Shown in pieces: positions 54,715 to 64,000 of a stretch of 64,000 nucleotides of DNA; the stretch's first letter is position 1, and every line of letters starts with the position of its first letter. The stretch spans positions 20,559 to 84,558 of the forward strand of contig JAUNPN010000001.1 of the NCBI GenBank assembly GCA_030536655.1, written 5' to 3'. Made by a program: the position numbers and the translations under genes. The notes under the pieces are model-generated. The model was not told where the DNA came from and made no database searches. It saw nothing but the letters and a program-made list of their open reading frames with translations. The DNA is from a bacterium (GTDB lineage: Bacteria; Bacillota; Clostridia; UBA1381).

Positions 54715-57700
54715 ATGAGCAGAAAAAAGATCCTATCCTGCATACTAAGTGCCGCAATGCTCGGCACCGGTAATGTAGTTCCGATTTCGTCCTCAGCAGC
54801 TCACGCGGCTGAGCCTGTGCAGATATACGTTTCGCCTGACGGTGATGACGCTAACACAGGCTCGAACGACGCACCGTTCAGAACATTGGAACGCGCACAG
54901 GAGGAGGTAAGGAAGTACAATTCGGACATGGACGGTGATATTACCGTAAACATTGCCCCGGGAATGTATTTCATGGACAACACACTGAGTCTGACAACCG
55001 AGGACTCGGGAAACAACGGATATAAGGTGATTTACCGTGGTATCCCCAATGATGACGGCAGCAAACCGGTTATCAGCGGAGGTATTAATATATCCGACGG
55101 CTGGGAGCTGTATGACGAAGGGAATAATATTTACAAGCGTGAAAACGTTGACTGGCAGTTCAGACAGCTCTATACAAACAATGACCGCGCGATCCGCGCG
55201 CGTGTGCCGAACCTTGAGGAACCCGAAACAGGCGGTCCGTACCTCCGTGCTGAGAGGGGCTCGTATCCGATGAAGATCGGCAGAAACAACGAGTATGCGG
55301 AAAAAGCCGGAAAATACGGTGAGATAATCTGGGGTGCCAGCTGGAGTCAGTTCCGCGCAAGAATTGAAAGCTACGATTCTGCCAGTGGTACTGTAACCTT
55401 CAAATCCCCCGAAAATTCATTTGCATGGAATCATCACGCCGAGGGTGACGCTCCGTACTATCTTGAAAATTCGCTTGACTACTTAGACGCTGAGGGAGAA
55501 TGGTATCTTGATGTAGATGAGAACGTTCTTTACTACAAGCCGAGAGAAGGCGAGATAATGAACGAAACTGAAATTATCGCGCCGAAGCTTGAAACAATAG
55601 TTGACATCAGAGGCGGCGGCATCGATGACAGAGTAAAGGATATATGCTTTGACAATATTCGTTTCCTCCACTCCAACTGGCTTGCGCCGAATGAATACGG
55701 ATACTGCAGTGTTCAGGGCGGCTTCCGCTATCAGTCAGAAGGCGGCAAAGACAACAGCGCAATCCGCGGCAGTGCGCGCTACGACGCGCCGAAGTCAATG
55801 GTTCAGCTGCGGTACACAGACGGAATCGAACTTACAAACAGTGAGTTTTCCTTCTCCGGCAGCTGGGGTATTATGGGATATGAGGGCACTCAAAATACGC
55901 TTATAGACCATAACACCTTTGTAAAGAATGCCGGTGGCGGAGTTACAATGGGTATGGCAGGACGCGAATGGGATGACCAGACCGAGGACGAAAAGCCCCG
56001 CGAATACACCGACATGGACGGACAGAGCGTGGGCGATACAATCACCAACAACCTCATTGACCATGTTGCCTGCGAATATCAGGATATGGTTGGCATAGGT
56101 GCTATGCTGCCACAGCATATGACTATAGCAAACAATGAAATCGGCTATCTCCCCTATACCGGTATAAATATCGGCTGGAACTGGCTCGATACCGACCACG
56201 GAATGACGGCAAACAAGGTTTATCAGAACTATATACATAACACCTGTATGCTGCTTCAGGACGGCGGCGGAATTTACTCGCTCGGACGTATGAACGGTGA
56301 TTCCAATTTCTACTATAATTATATAACTGATACGGTAAGAGGTCAGTGGGCTTGCCATAATAATATTATGGGTATTTATTTCGATAACGGAAGCTGTTAT
56401 AAGAAGGCACAGGCAAACGTATTCGATAACACGGAATATTCCTTCCAGGCTTCAAACCCACCGAACCATGACAATATCTTTGAGGGTAACTACTATAACT
56501 GCCCCGGAGGTATGAGCAGCACAGGTTCATCGGCTAATATCTCGAACAGACCATTTACCAGCGATGCCATTCCTGATGAGGCGCTGAATATTATTGACCA
56601 TGCAGGTATTGACAAGGACCCGCTTCCGGATCCGTCATCACGCGTTAATATCGCATTCAGAAAGCCTATTACCTCATCGGAAACCGATGACGCTCAGCCA
56701 GCCAAAAATGCAACTGACGGCGACCCGTCCACCATGTGGGAACAGTACATGGAAAACAGACCTGATGAAGCCAAGGCTCAGACCTCGCTCACAGTAGACT
56801 TAGAGGATTCATATTCTGTTGACGAGATCATGATCACCTTCCAGTACGGCAACCGTTCAAGATATAAGATAGAGTATTCCAATGACGGGAACGACTGGAA
56901 AGAATATGCGAACAAGCTTAACATTGATCCTTCACCATCTGAATCGGTATATGAAGCAAAATCAGGCGTTACCGCAAGATATTTAAAGCTCACAATGAAT
57001 ACAGGCGGATGGGGAGCCGGTGTCAAGGAAATTTATGTATACAGCAATGACGAGAATGTTCCGGCATCAGCTGAGATTTCACCCGAAAACGCTGTATATG
57101 ATAAGTCCCCGGCATGGAAGCAGGAAATAAAGCTTACCGCGCTTGAAAACGGCAGTTCCGTAACAGGCTTAAGAAACGGCAGTTACGAGCTTGTTCCCGA
57201 TGTTGATTATGAGAAGCATTGGGGCAATGTAATTCTCAAGACATCCTATCTCGACACTCTCCCGAACGGAGAAAACGAGATAACAGTAGAGTTTGACAAG
57301 AGTGAAGCAAAGACTCTCACTGTCACAGTTGAAGAAGATGACGGCACTTCAAATATTGCTCTTAACAAGCCTATTGAAGCATCCTCCTACAACACTGACG
57401 AAAACCGCTACGCAAAATATATGGTAGACGGCGATTCAGGCACACGCTGGGCTCAGAAGCAGGGTACTGCAAGCGAGACTGCAACAATCATCCTTGATCT
57501 TCAGGATACATACCTTGTAAAGAGAACCTCGATTGATTTTGAGCTTGACTCGGCAGGCTATAACTATAAGATAGAATATTCGACAAACGGTGATGTATGG
57601 CGCACCTTTGTTGATAATATGAACAAGGCTACGACCACAAGAACCGTGATCGACTCCGGTGAGGCTGTGGCGAGATACTTGAAGCTTACCGTGCAAAACA

Positions 57701-60700
57701 AGGACTGGGGCGCAAGTATCTGGGAATTACAGGTCAAGGGTTCTCCGTATACGGTCGAGGAGGATCTACAGAACCTCGCACTGAACAAACCGATTACCGC
57801 TACCTCCCACAACACCAACGAAGCACAGCGCGAGCCGAAATACATGGTGGACGGCGATTCAAACACACGCTGGGCGCAGGCTTCCGGCACAAACGGTACT
57901 CATAACACTATTGATGTTGATCTCGGCAAGGTTTACGATGTCCGTTCGGTTGTAATCAACTGGGAACTGCCTTATGGCAACTATAACTACAAGATCGAAT
58001 ATTCCGAAGACGGAGAAAACTATTCAACCTACGTTGATAAGCTTTCCGTTGGTACAACAACACAAATCACAGAGGATACAAAGAAGGTCAACGCCCGTTA
58101 TTTCCGTTTGGAAGTAAATCACAACGATTGGGGCGCAAGTATCTGGGAGCTCCAAATTCTCGGTATAGACTCAACCATACAGTCAGGCGAGCTTACCGAG
58201 GGTGTATACACACTCAGTGATAATTTTGGCAGATATATTACCGCCGGAGAGTCCATTCCAATTGCATCCACCGATATTGACGGCGGATACAATGAGAAAT
58301 GGATCGTTGTCGATGAGGACGGAACATATTTCAGACTTATCAACGCACTTTCCGGTGAAGCTCTCGCCTACAGTAATACAGACAGCAGAGATGCCGTAAC
58401 CGCTCCTGTCTCAGTCGGTGACAGCAAGCAACTCTGGCAGTGGGTAAAGAACACAGATGGAAACGGCTCATCAATGCTGATGAACAAGGACTGCGGTCTT
58501 ATGCTCCAGATCAACGGCGGCGAAACCAGCAGCAACGGTGCTCCGCTCGGACTTTACTGGTACGAGGGCTGGGTCAGAAAGCACTACTCATGGAAGGTCG
58601 AGGAGCAGAAGGACGGAACGATCATGCTGCTCAATGACTGCGGCACATATCTTCGTGCTGACGGCTCAGGCGCAAATGCTCAGACCTGGGAAAAGACAAA
58701 GGGTGACGCTCAGAAATGGGAAATCACTAAGACCGGTGATGCCTACACAATCACAAGCACAATTTCCGGCAAGCGTCTTGCACTCAATAACGGAATACTT
58801 GTAATGGCTGCGGCAGATGACAATGACGCAAATCAGAAATGGACAGTACAAAAGAGCGGCGATCTTCTTACAAAATCCTGCATCTTTACAAATGTCGCTT
58901 CAGGTGAAACTCTCAATATTGAAGGTGCTTCAACCTGGAAATATGTTCAGGACGAAAAGTCCGAGGGACTTCGTCCGTATATAACAGATATTACAACAAC
59001 GGGAATAGACACAATAACAGTTAATTACAATTACCATTTTGCATCAGCAGAGGGTGAAACCTCATATAAGGTATACGCGCTTGATTCGCGTTCAGCAGCT
59101 TCGGGAACAGAGATAGCTTCAGGCCCAGGCAGATCCGGCTTTACATTTGACGCGTCGAAGGTTGATTCGTCAAAGGTACTGCTTATCGCTGTAACACCAA
59201 AGGATGTAAACGGCACAGCAGGAGCGGAATATCTTAAATACATTTACCCCGCATTGACCGCTGAATCATTAACACAGTCAATAGCACTTGAAGAAAGCTT
59301 TGACGGTATATTTGATACAGTCAACAATAATCAGAAGGGCTGGTCACACAGCGGCGCAGGCGATGTTTTGCTTGATAACAAGGATGGACATACCTCGGCT
59401 CTCGGCTTCAAGGGTTCAGGCTGGTTCGGTGAGTCACAGCTGAGTCTTGATTTCTCAAACTCAGGAAATGACTACACTGTACTTTCAGATAAAGCTTATG
59501 TTGAATATGATATGTACTTTGATTCAGTAGACAATCATGACCGTGAGAGTCAGGCAGCAATAGGTCTTAAGAGCAACAACAATATGTTCGGTACCATCCA
59601 GCAGCGCGGAGATCAGCTTACGCTTGCGGCTGGCGGCGGAAATAATATCGCAAAGCTCTATAGCCTCGGTGACAAGAACGATATAATTCATCACTGGGTA
59701 AATGTAAAATACTTTATCGACACAAATAACAATAAATTTGCTGTTGCGCTTGACGATAAGTTTATGACAAGCGATGACGGTACTATCTGGTTTACACCTA
59801 CAGGCTACACCGTACCTCATAACGAAGGTTCAATCAAGGTTGACAAGGTAACCGGTCTTGCATTCAACAACTGGTGGCAGAGCGATGGAACCGCAATATA
59901 CATTGACAACCTTAAAACCGGTATATATTCAGACAACGGCTTTGATCCGTGGTCAGTATACGCGGTTGAACCTGCCGGCGGAAAGCTCAATTACGGCGCG
60001 GAAAATACTGTTTCTATAAGCATTAAAGAAAATACACCTGTTGAAAACGGCATTGTCTATGTCGGATTATACAAGGAGAACAGACTTTGCTCCGCTGCAT
60101 TAAATAACAGCATAACATTTGACTCACGCGGAGTTAATACAAACACCTATAAGATAAATATTCCGAAGGAAGCAGGAGCTTACACATTGAAGATATTCAT
60201 GTGGGATAAAGACCAGAAGCCGATAGCAAGAGCCTATACAAAAAGCTATGCCGTAGAAAGTCCGTTCAGTATGACAAACGTGTTCGGTGATAATATGGTA
60301 CTTCAGGCTGACCAACCGATAAAATTATGGGGCTACGGATACCCCGGTGATACAGTAACCGCTTCAATCGAAAGTAATTCCGCTGCAGCCGCTGTAAATT
60401 CAAACGGTGAGTGGGAGCTTACACTTGCGGCTATGGATGCGGGAACAGGACATAAGCTGACGGTCACAAACGGATCTGAAACCTTGAACTACAACAATGT
60501 CGCGCTCGGTGATGTATTTATCCTTGCAGGACAGTCAAATATGGAATTCTGGATGAGCGGCTTTGCTGATTCACTTGCGGATCTGGAGGCTGATAAGGCA
60601 AGTGGCAGAGTAAACAACTCAAACATAAGAATAGTTGAGCTTCTGAATCTTGACAGAAACTACGAGGCAACCGAGCCGAGAGAAAACCTGCCTGAAAAGG

Positions 60701-61620
60701 CTGTATGGGGCGAAATGAACGCTGACCGCGGCTGGCTTGCGTCACAGATCGGCTACTATCTTGCTCAACAGCTTAACGAAGAAACAGGAAGACCTATCGG
60801 ACTTATATCCGGTGCTGTCGGCGGCTCAGACGTTACAAGATGGCAGAAAAACGGCGATCTGTACAACAACAGGATCTACCCCTGCCGTAAGCTGAATATA
60901 GCTGCAATATTGTTTTATCAGGGAGAGGCTGAGGATAAGATCCGTGATGCCGCAAACTACTCCGACGTACTTGCAGAGCTGATTGATGATTACAGAGAAG
61001 TATACGATCGTCCCGATCTTCCGTTCTATTATGCTCAGCTCCCGCGTCTTTCAACGCAGCATTTCGAGCATATCCGTTCAGCTCAGATATGGGCTTTGAA
61101 CAAGGTTGCAAGCAAGAACAATATCGGCGTTATTTCAACACTGGACGAGGTCGGAAACCTTGAGGGGGCCTCCGGCAGAGCAAGATATGATGTACATCCC
61201 TACGGCAAGAAGGAAATCGCATCACGCTTTGCAAGATATATAAAGCATGATATTTACGGCGATACAAGCGTTACCGCACACGGACCGATCTATCAGTCGA
61301 TGGAAGTGAAGGGAAATACAATTGAGCTCACCTTTGACTGCACAGGTGCTTTAAAGGTTCTTCCAAAGGATAAATACGCTGATCCGGAAACACCTTCAAC
61401 GCTTGACTTCAACTCACTTTATGAGTTTGAAATTGCCGGAGCAGACGGTGTATACAAGAATGCTAAGGCAGAGCTCAGCGGAAATAAGGTAATCCTTTCA
61501 AATCCGACAATATCAGAGCCGAAAAATGCAAGATACGCGTACAGCGCATATCCAGAGGCTCCTAATCTGACAGATGAATCGGGACTTCCCTCATACACCT
61601 TCTGTACAGAGCATTTTTAA
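54715..61620 (+). CDS. 2301-aa secreted multidomain protein: right-handed beta-helix, 3 F5/8-type-C (CBM32-like) modules, ricin-type lectin, LamG-like and Ig-like modules, C-terminal SASA-type esterase
   Basis: It has a signal peptide. QIYVSPDGDDANTGSNDAPFRTLERAQ is a beta-helix start. NKPI..S......YMVDGDS.TRWAQ occurs three times. QLWQW / QKWEI / QKWTV form a ricin (QxW)3 pattern. NNWWQS marks a LamG-like module. FILAGQSNMEFW is the esterase motif. Confidence 0.85.
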   Translation: MSRKKILSCILSAAMLGTGNVVPISSSAAHAAEPVQIYVSPDGDDANTGSNDAPFRTLERAQEEVRKYNSDMDGDITVNIAPGMYFMDNTLSLTTEDSGNNGYKVIYRGIPNDDGSKPVISGGINISDGWELYDEGNNIYKRENVDWQFRQLYTNNDRAIRARVPNLEEPETGGPYLRAERGSYPMKIGRNNEYAEKAGKYGEIIWGASWSQFRARIESYDSASGTVTFKSPENSFAWNHHAEGDAPYYLENSLDYLDAEGEWYLDVDENVLYYKPREGEIMNETEIIAPKLETIVDIRGGGIDDRVKDICFDNIRFLHSNWLAPNEYGYCSVQGGFRYQSEGGKDNSAIRGSARYDAPKSMVQLRYTDGIELTNSEFSFSGSWGIMGYEGTQNTLIDHNTFVKNAGGGVTMGMAGREWDDQTEDEKPREYTDMDGQSVGDTITNNLIDHVACEYQDMVGIGAMLPQHMTIANNEIGYLPYTGINIGWNWLDTDHGMTANKVYQNYIHNTCMLLQDGGGIYSLGRMNGDSNFYYNYITDTVRGQWACHNNIMGIYFDNGSCYKKAQANVFDNTEYSFQASNPPNHDNIFEGNYYNCPGGMSSTGSSANISNRPFTSDAIPDEALNIIDHAGIDKDPLPDPSSRVNIAFRKPITSSETDDAQPAKNATDGDPSTMWEQYMENRPDEAKAQTSLTVDLEDSYSVDEIMITFQYGNRSRYKIEYSNDGNDWKEYANKLNIDPSPSESVYEAKSGVTARYLKLTMNTGGWGAGVKEIYVYSNDENVPASAEISPENAVYDKSPAWKQEIKLTALENGSSVTGLRNGSYELVPDVDYEKHWGNVILKTSYLDTLPNGENEITVEFDKSEAKTLTVTVEEDDGTSNIALNKPIEASSYNTDENRYAKYMVDGDSGTRWAQKQGTASETATIILDLQDTYLVKRTSIDFELDSAGYNYKIEYSTNGDVWRTFVDNMNKATTTRTVIDSGEAVARYLKLTVQNKDWGASIWELQVKGSPYTVEEDLQNLALNKPITATSHNTNEAQREPKYMVDGDSNTRWAQASGTNGTHNTIDVDLGKVYDVRSVVINWELPYGNYNYKIEYSEDGENYSTYVDKLSVGTTTQITEDTKKVNARYFRLEVNHNDWGASIWELQILGIDSTIQSGELTEGVYTLSDNFGRYITAGESIPIASTDIDGGYNEKWIVVDEDGTYFRLINALSGEALAYSNTDSRDAVTAPVSVGDSKQLWQWVKNTDGNGSSMLMNKDCGLMLQINGGETSSNGAPLGLYWYEGWVRKHYSWKVEEQKDGTIMLLNDCGTYLRADGSGANAQTWEKTKGDAQKWEITKTGDAYTITSTISGKRLALNNGILVMAAADDNDANQKWTVQKSGDLLTKSCIFTNVASGETLNIEGASTWKYVQDEKSEGLRPYITDITTTGIDTITVNYNYHFASAEGETSYKVYALDSRSAASGTEIASGPGRSGFTFDASKVDSSKVLLIAVTPKDVNGTAGAEYLKYIYPALTAESLTQSIALEESFDGIFDTVNNNQKGWSHSGAGDVLLDNKDGHTSALGFKGSGWFGESQLSLDFSNSGNDYTVLSDKAYVEYDMYFDSVDNHDRESQAAIGLKSNNNMFGTIQQRGDQLTLAAGGGNNIAKLYSLGDKNDIIHHWVNVKYFIDTNNNKFAVALDDKFMTSDDGTIWFTPTGYTVPHNEGSIKVDKVTGLAFNNWWQSDGTAIYIDNLKTGIYSDNGFDPWSVYAVEPAGGKLNYGAENTVSISIKENTPVENGIVYVGLYKENRLCSAALNNSITFDSRGVNTNTYKINIPKEAGAYTLKIFMWDKDQKPIARAYTKSYAVESPFSMTNVFGDNMVLQADQPIKLWGYGYPGDTVTASIESNSAAAAVNSNGEWELTLAAMDAGTGHKLTVTNGSETLNYNNVALGDVFILAGQSNMEFWMSGFADSLADLEADKASGRVNNSNIRIVELLNLDRNYEATEPRENLPEKAVWGEMNADRGWLASQIGYYLAQQLNEETGRPIGLISGAVGGSDVTRWQKNGDLYNNRIYPCRKLNIAAILFYQGEAEDKIRDAANYSDVLAELIDDYREVYDRPDLPFYYAQLPRLSTQHFEHIRSAQIWALNKVASKNNIGVISTLDEVGNLEGASGRARYDVHPYGKKEIASRFARYIKHDIYGDTSVTAHGPIYQSMEVKGNTIELTFDCTGALKVLPKDKYADPETPSTLDFNSLYEFEIAGADGVYKNAKAELSGNKVILSNPTISEPKNARYAYSAYPEAPNLTDESGLPSYTFCTEHF

Positions 61621-61815
61621 AGAATTAAGAGCCTATCCGTAATTAAAGAAGTGCATATTGCGAAGTCGGATTTTTCGTTAGATTGTACAAAAAATCCGAC
61701 GCATACTGGCGTATGCCGAGGATTTTTTTGGCGATATAACGGAAAATCAGCAAGCAAGATGCGCTTAATTTAATTTGCGGATAGGCTCTAAGGACGCAAC
61801 TGATAACCTCGTACC

Positions 61816-61853
61816 AAAGGCTTCTGACATACAATATGTCAGGAGCCTTTTTA
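61816..61853 (+). terminator. Rho-independent terminator of the 2301-aa gene
   Basis: AAAGGCTTCTGACATA-CAA-TATGTCAGGAGCCTTT followed by TTATA. Confidence 0.65.
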
Positions 61854-61974
61854 TACCGAAAAATTTTCCCGTCACAGCCTTGTATGCAGGCACAGCACAA
61901 GCCTCTGCGGGCACAGCATAAGACAATACGCAAATGATGATATATAATAAAAGAAAAACTCAGAGGTGAAAAAT

Positions 61975-64000
61975 ATGTTTCTTACTACATTAAACGGCAA
62001 ATGGCAGCTGCGTTTTGCAGACGGCAAACAGCTGTACGATGCGGAGGTTCCCGGCTCCGTATTTTCGGACCTTATGAATAACGGGGTTATGGAGGACCCT
62101 TTCCTGGGTGACAACGAATACAAAGCACTTGAATTATCAAAATCGGATTTTGAGTATATCCGTGATTTTTATCTTGAAAATATTGATTTCGATCATATTT
62201 TTCTGAATTGTGACGGTCTTGACACACTGTGTGATGTATATCTTAATGATGTTCTGATACTCAAAGCCGACAATATGCACCGGTGCTACAAAACCGAAAT
62301 AACAGGCTATGTAAAATCCGGCATCAACACAATCCGCATTTATATAAATTCACCCACCATGTACGCACTGAGAAAGAATGACGAGCAGTTTCTGACAAGC
62401 TGCGCCGATGCCGTACCCGGAATATCCCATATTCGCAAGGCGCACTATATGTTCGGTTGGGACTGGGGTCCGAAGCTGCCCGATTCAGGAATCTGGCGCG
62501 ACATTTACATAACCGCATTTAACAAATCCCGGCTGGGTGATATACAAATAGCTCATGACGGCACGGAGCAGGAATGGAGCATAAAGATTTCAACTGAGGT
62601 GCTAAGTGAGGATATAAGCTGTTGTGAGGTTGAATACAGTCTGACCTCACCTGAAGGAGAAATAATATATTGCAGCAATGAAAGCAAAATAAAAATCCCC
62701 TCACCCAAGCTCTGGTGGCCCAATAATATGGGAGATCAGCCGCTGTATACACTTTCCGTTCGTCTTATTGAGAATGGCACGGAAACCGATACCCGCTCAT
62801 ATAAGCTTGGTCTGCGTAAAATTAAACTTATCCGCCGGCCTGATAAATGGGGCGAGAGCTTTGAATTTGAAATCAACGGTCAGTCCATATTCGCCATGGG
62901 CGCAGATTATATTCCGGAGGATAACCTTTTGCCGCGTATAACTCGTGAGCGCAGCGAGCAGCTTATACGCGCGTGTGCCGAAGCTAATTTTAATATGCTG
63001 CGAATCTGGGGCGGAGGCTATTATCCTGACGATTGGTTCTACGACCTTTGCGACAAATACGGAATTCTTATATGGCAGGATCATCTCTATGCCTGCGGCG
63101 CATATAAGTTTAGTGACAGCTTCAAGGAAAGCATTACCGCCGAAACTGAGGATAATGTGCGCCGTCTGCGCCACCATGCCTGTCTTGCTCTGTGGTCCGG
63201 CAATAATGAGCTGGAATATGCGTGGGCGTACTGGGGCTGGGGCGAAGCATACGGCGAGGAGCTGAAGCACGATTATCTGCGCCAGTTTGAGGAGTATCTT
63301 CCCGCTCTTACAAAAAGTCTCGATCCATATACCGATTATATTACATCATCGCCTACCTCCGGCGGAGGGTTCGACGATCCCAATGACGAAAACCGGGGCG
63401 ATATGCACTATTGGGAGGTATGGCACGGACGAAAGCCTCTCACGGATTATAGAAAGCTGTACCCAAGGTTTATGTCGGAATTTGGACTGCAATCCTTCCC
63501 AGATATAAAGACAATTAAAAGCTTTACCGACCCGGAGGACAGAAATATCTATTCTTATATCATGGAATGTCACCAGAAAAACGGTACCGGAAATGAAAAA
63601 ATTATGTACTACATATCCGAGCACTTCCATTATCCTAAGAATCTTGACGCGGTTGTATATCTATCACAGCTGGTTCAGGCAGAGGGAGTGCGCATCGGTG
63701 TTGAGCATTGGCGCAGAAACAGAGGTCGGTGCATGGGAGCACTGTACTGGCAGCTTAACGACTGCTGGCCCGGCGCGTCATGGTCAGGCATAGACTGCTA
63801 TGGCAGAAGGAAGGCTCTGCACTGTTTTGCAAAACATTTTTACGCGCCCCTGCTTATCGGCAGTGTATACGAGGACGGCTGTATGGCTCTGTTCGTTTCA
63901 AACGAAACGCGGGAAGCCGTTTCCGATACAGCTGTATGGCAGTTAAAAAGCTTTGAGGGTGAAATACTTATGCAGGGAGAATGCACGGCGGATACCTCTC
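61975..64000 (+). CDS. GH2 beta-mannosidase, N-terminal 675 codons (runs off window end)
   Basis: Hand translation from ATG at 61975 (AGAGGTGA RBS): MFLTTLNGKWQLRF...GWDWGPKLPDSGIW...NMLRIWGGGYY...GDMHYWEVWHG...SEFGLQSFP...ALYWQLNDCWPGASWS. These are hallmark beta-mannosidase motifs. It is not in the ORF track because no stop lies in the window. Confidence 0.88.
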   Translation, partial: MFLTTLNGKWQLRFADGKQLYDAEVPGSVFSDLMNNGVMEDPFLGDNEYKALELSKSDFEYIRDFYLENIDFDHIFLNCDGLDTLCDVYLNDVLILKADNMHRCYKTEITGYVKSGINTIRIYINSPTMYALRKNDEQFLTSCADAVPGISHIRKAHYMFGWDWGPKLPDSGIWRDIYITAFNKSRLGDIQIAHDGTEQEWSIKISTEVLSEDISCCEVEYSLTSPEGEIIYCSNESKIKIPSPKLWWPNNMGDQPLYTLSVRLIENGTETDTRSYKLGLRKIKLIRRPDKWGESFEFEINGQSIFAMGADYIPEDNLLPRITRERSEQLIRACAEANFNMLRIWGGGYYPDDWFYDLCDKYGILIWQDHLYACGAYKFSDSFKESITAETEDNVRRLRHHACLALWSGNNELEYAWAYWGWGEAYGEELKHDYLRQFEEYLPALTKSLDPYTDYITSSPTSGGGFDDPNDENRGDMHYWEVWHGRKPLTDYRKLYPRFMSEFGLQSFPDIKTIKSFTDPEDRNIYSYIMECHQKNGTGNEKIMYYISEHFHYPKNLDAVVYLSQLVQAEGVRIGVEHWRRNRGRCMGALYWQLNDCWPGASWSGIDCYGRRKALHCFAKHFYAPLLIGSVYEDGCMALFVSNETREAVSDTAVWQLKSFEGEILMQGECTADTS

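Noticed and set aside
20970-63630. Many long antisense or overlapping ORFs in the track. Examples are 23786-24340 (Lys/Arg-rich), 27000-27473, 33616-34272, 42495-43028, 52238-52762, 55795-56358 and 62797-63270.
   Set aside because: Each lies wholly inside a longer ORF on the opposite strand or in another frame, and that longer ORF has clear family motifs. The compositions are typical of shadow frames.
1-64000. Looked for CRISPR arrays, tRNA/rRNA genes, IS transposases, group II intron or reverse-transcriptase genes, toxin-antitoxin pairs and restriction endonucleases
   Set aside because: I saw none by eye. The only regular DNA repeats are coding repeats (the 42-bp linker repeats and the adhesin Cys-repeat units). 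A small ncRNA or TA pair could still have escaped visual inspection.

Overview
This 64-kb window comes from a low-GC Gram-positive anaerobe. The Clostridia-like signs are GGAGG ribosome-binding sites, SLH domains and Tn1549/CTn-type conjugation genes. The main result is that a ~46.5-kb integrative conjugative element (ICE, 1518-47986) has inserted into the 3' part of a secreted multidomain glycoside hydrolase gene of ~2,077 codons. Both gene halves are visible (47987-54014 and 1332-1519), as is the shared TG crossover dinucleotide. A dyad-symmetric 50-bp attP can be reconstructed from the two element ends. From left to right the ICE carries: (1) a large serine recombinase, TnpW, an Orf8-like HTH protein and an Orf7-like sigma factor. 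(2) An 11-kb non-mobility cargo block: PPi-type phosphofructokinase, a cytoplasmic GH95, a 1874-aa secreted hydrolase, an AraC regulator and a frameshifted SASA esterase. (3) A candidate oriT, MobC and a relaxase. (4) An accessory module: secreted protein, membrane protein, ComEC-type MBL lipoprotein and an XRE regulator. (5) An anti-restriction block: a fused double ArdA, an ArdC-like protein, a single ArdA and topoisomerase III. (6) An MPF_FA-type type IV secretion system (T4SS): DUF4366, DUF4315, NlpC/P60, an orphan C5-methyltransferase, VirB4, PrgI, VirB6-like, Maff2, coupling protein and PcfB. (7) A small ferredoxin, a 1741-aa SLH-anchored Cys-repeat surface protein and a Rep-like winged-helix protein. 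Six functionally unrelated ICE proteins end in the same KPSI[KR]xxL plus Lys/Glu-rich tail. The host flanks are a complex-glycan locus: a secreted GH95 (partial), the split clan GH-D enzyme, a 2301-aa protein (beta-helix, 3 discoidin-type CBM32-like modules, ricin lectin, SASA esterase) and a GH2 beta-mannosidase (partial). I saw no rRNA, tRNA or CRISPR array. All family names come from motif recognition by eye. No database search, HMM or folding program was run.
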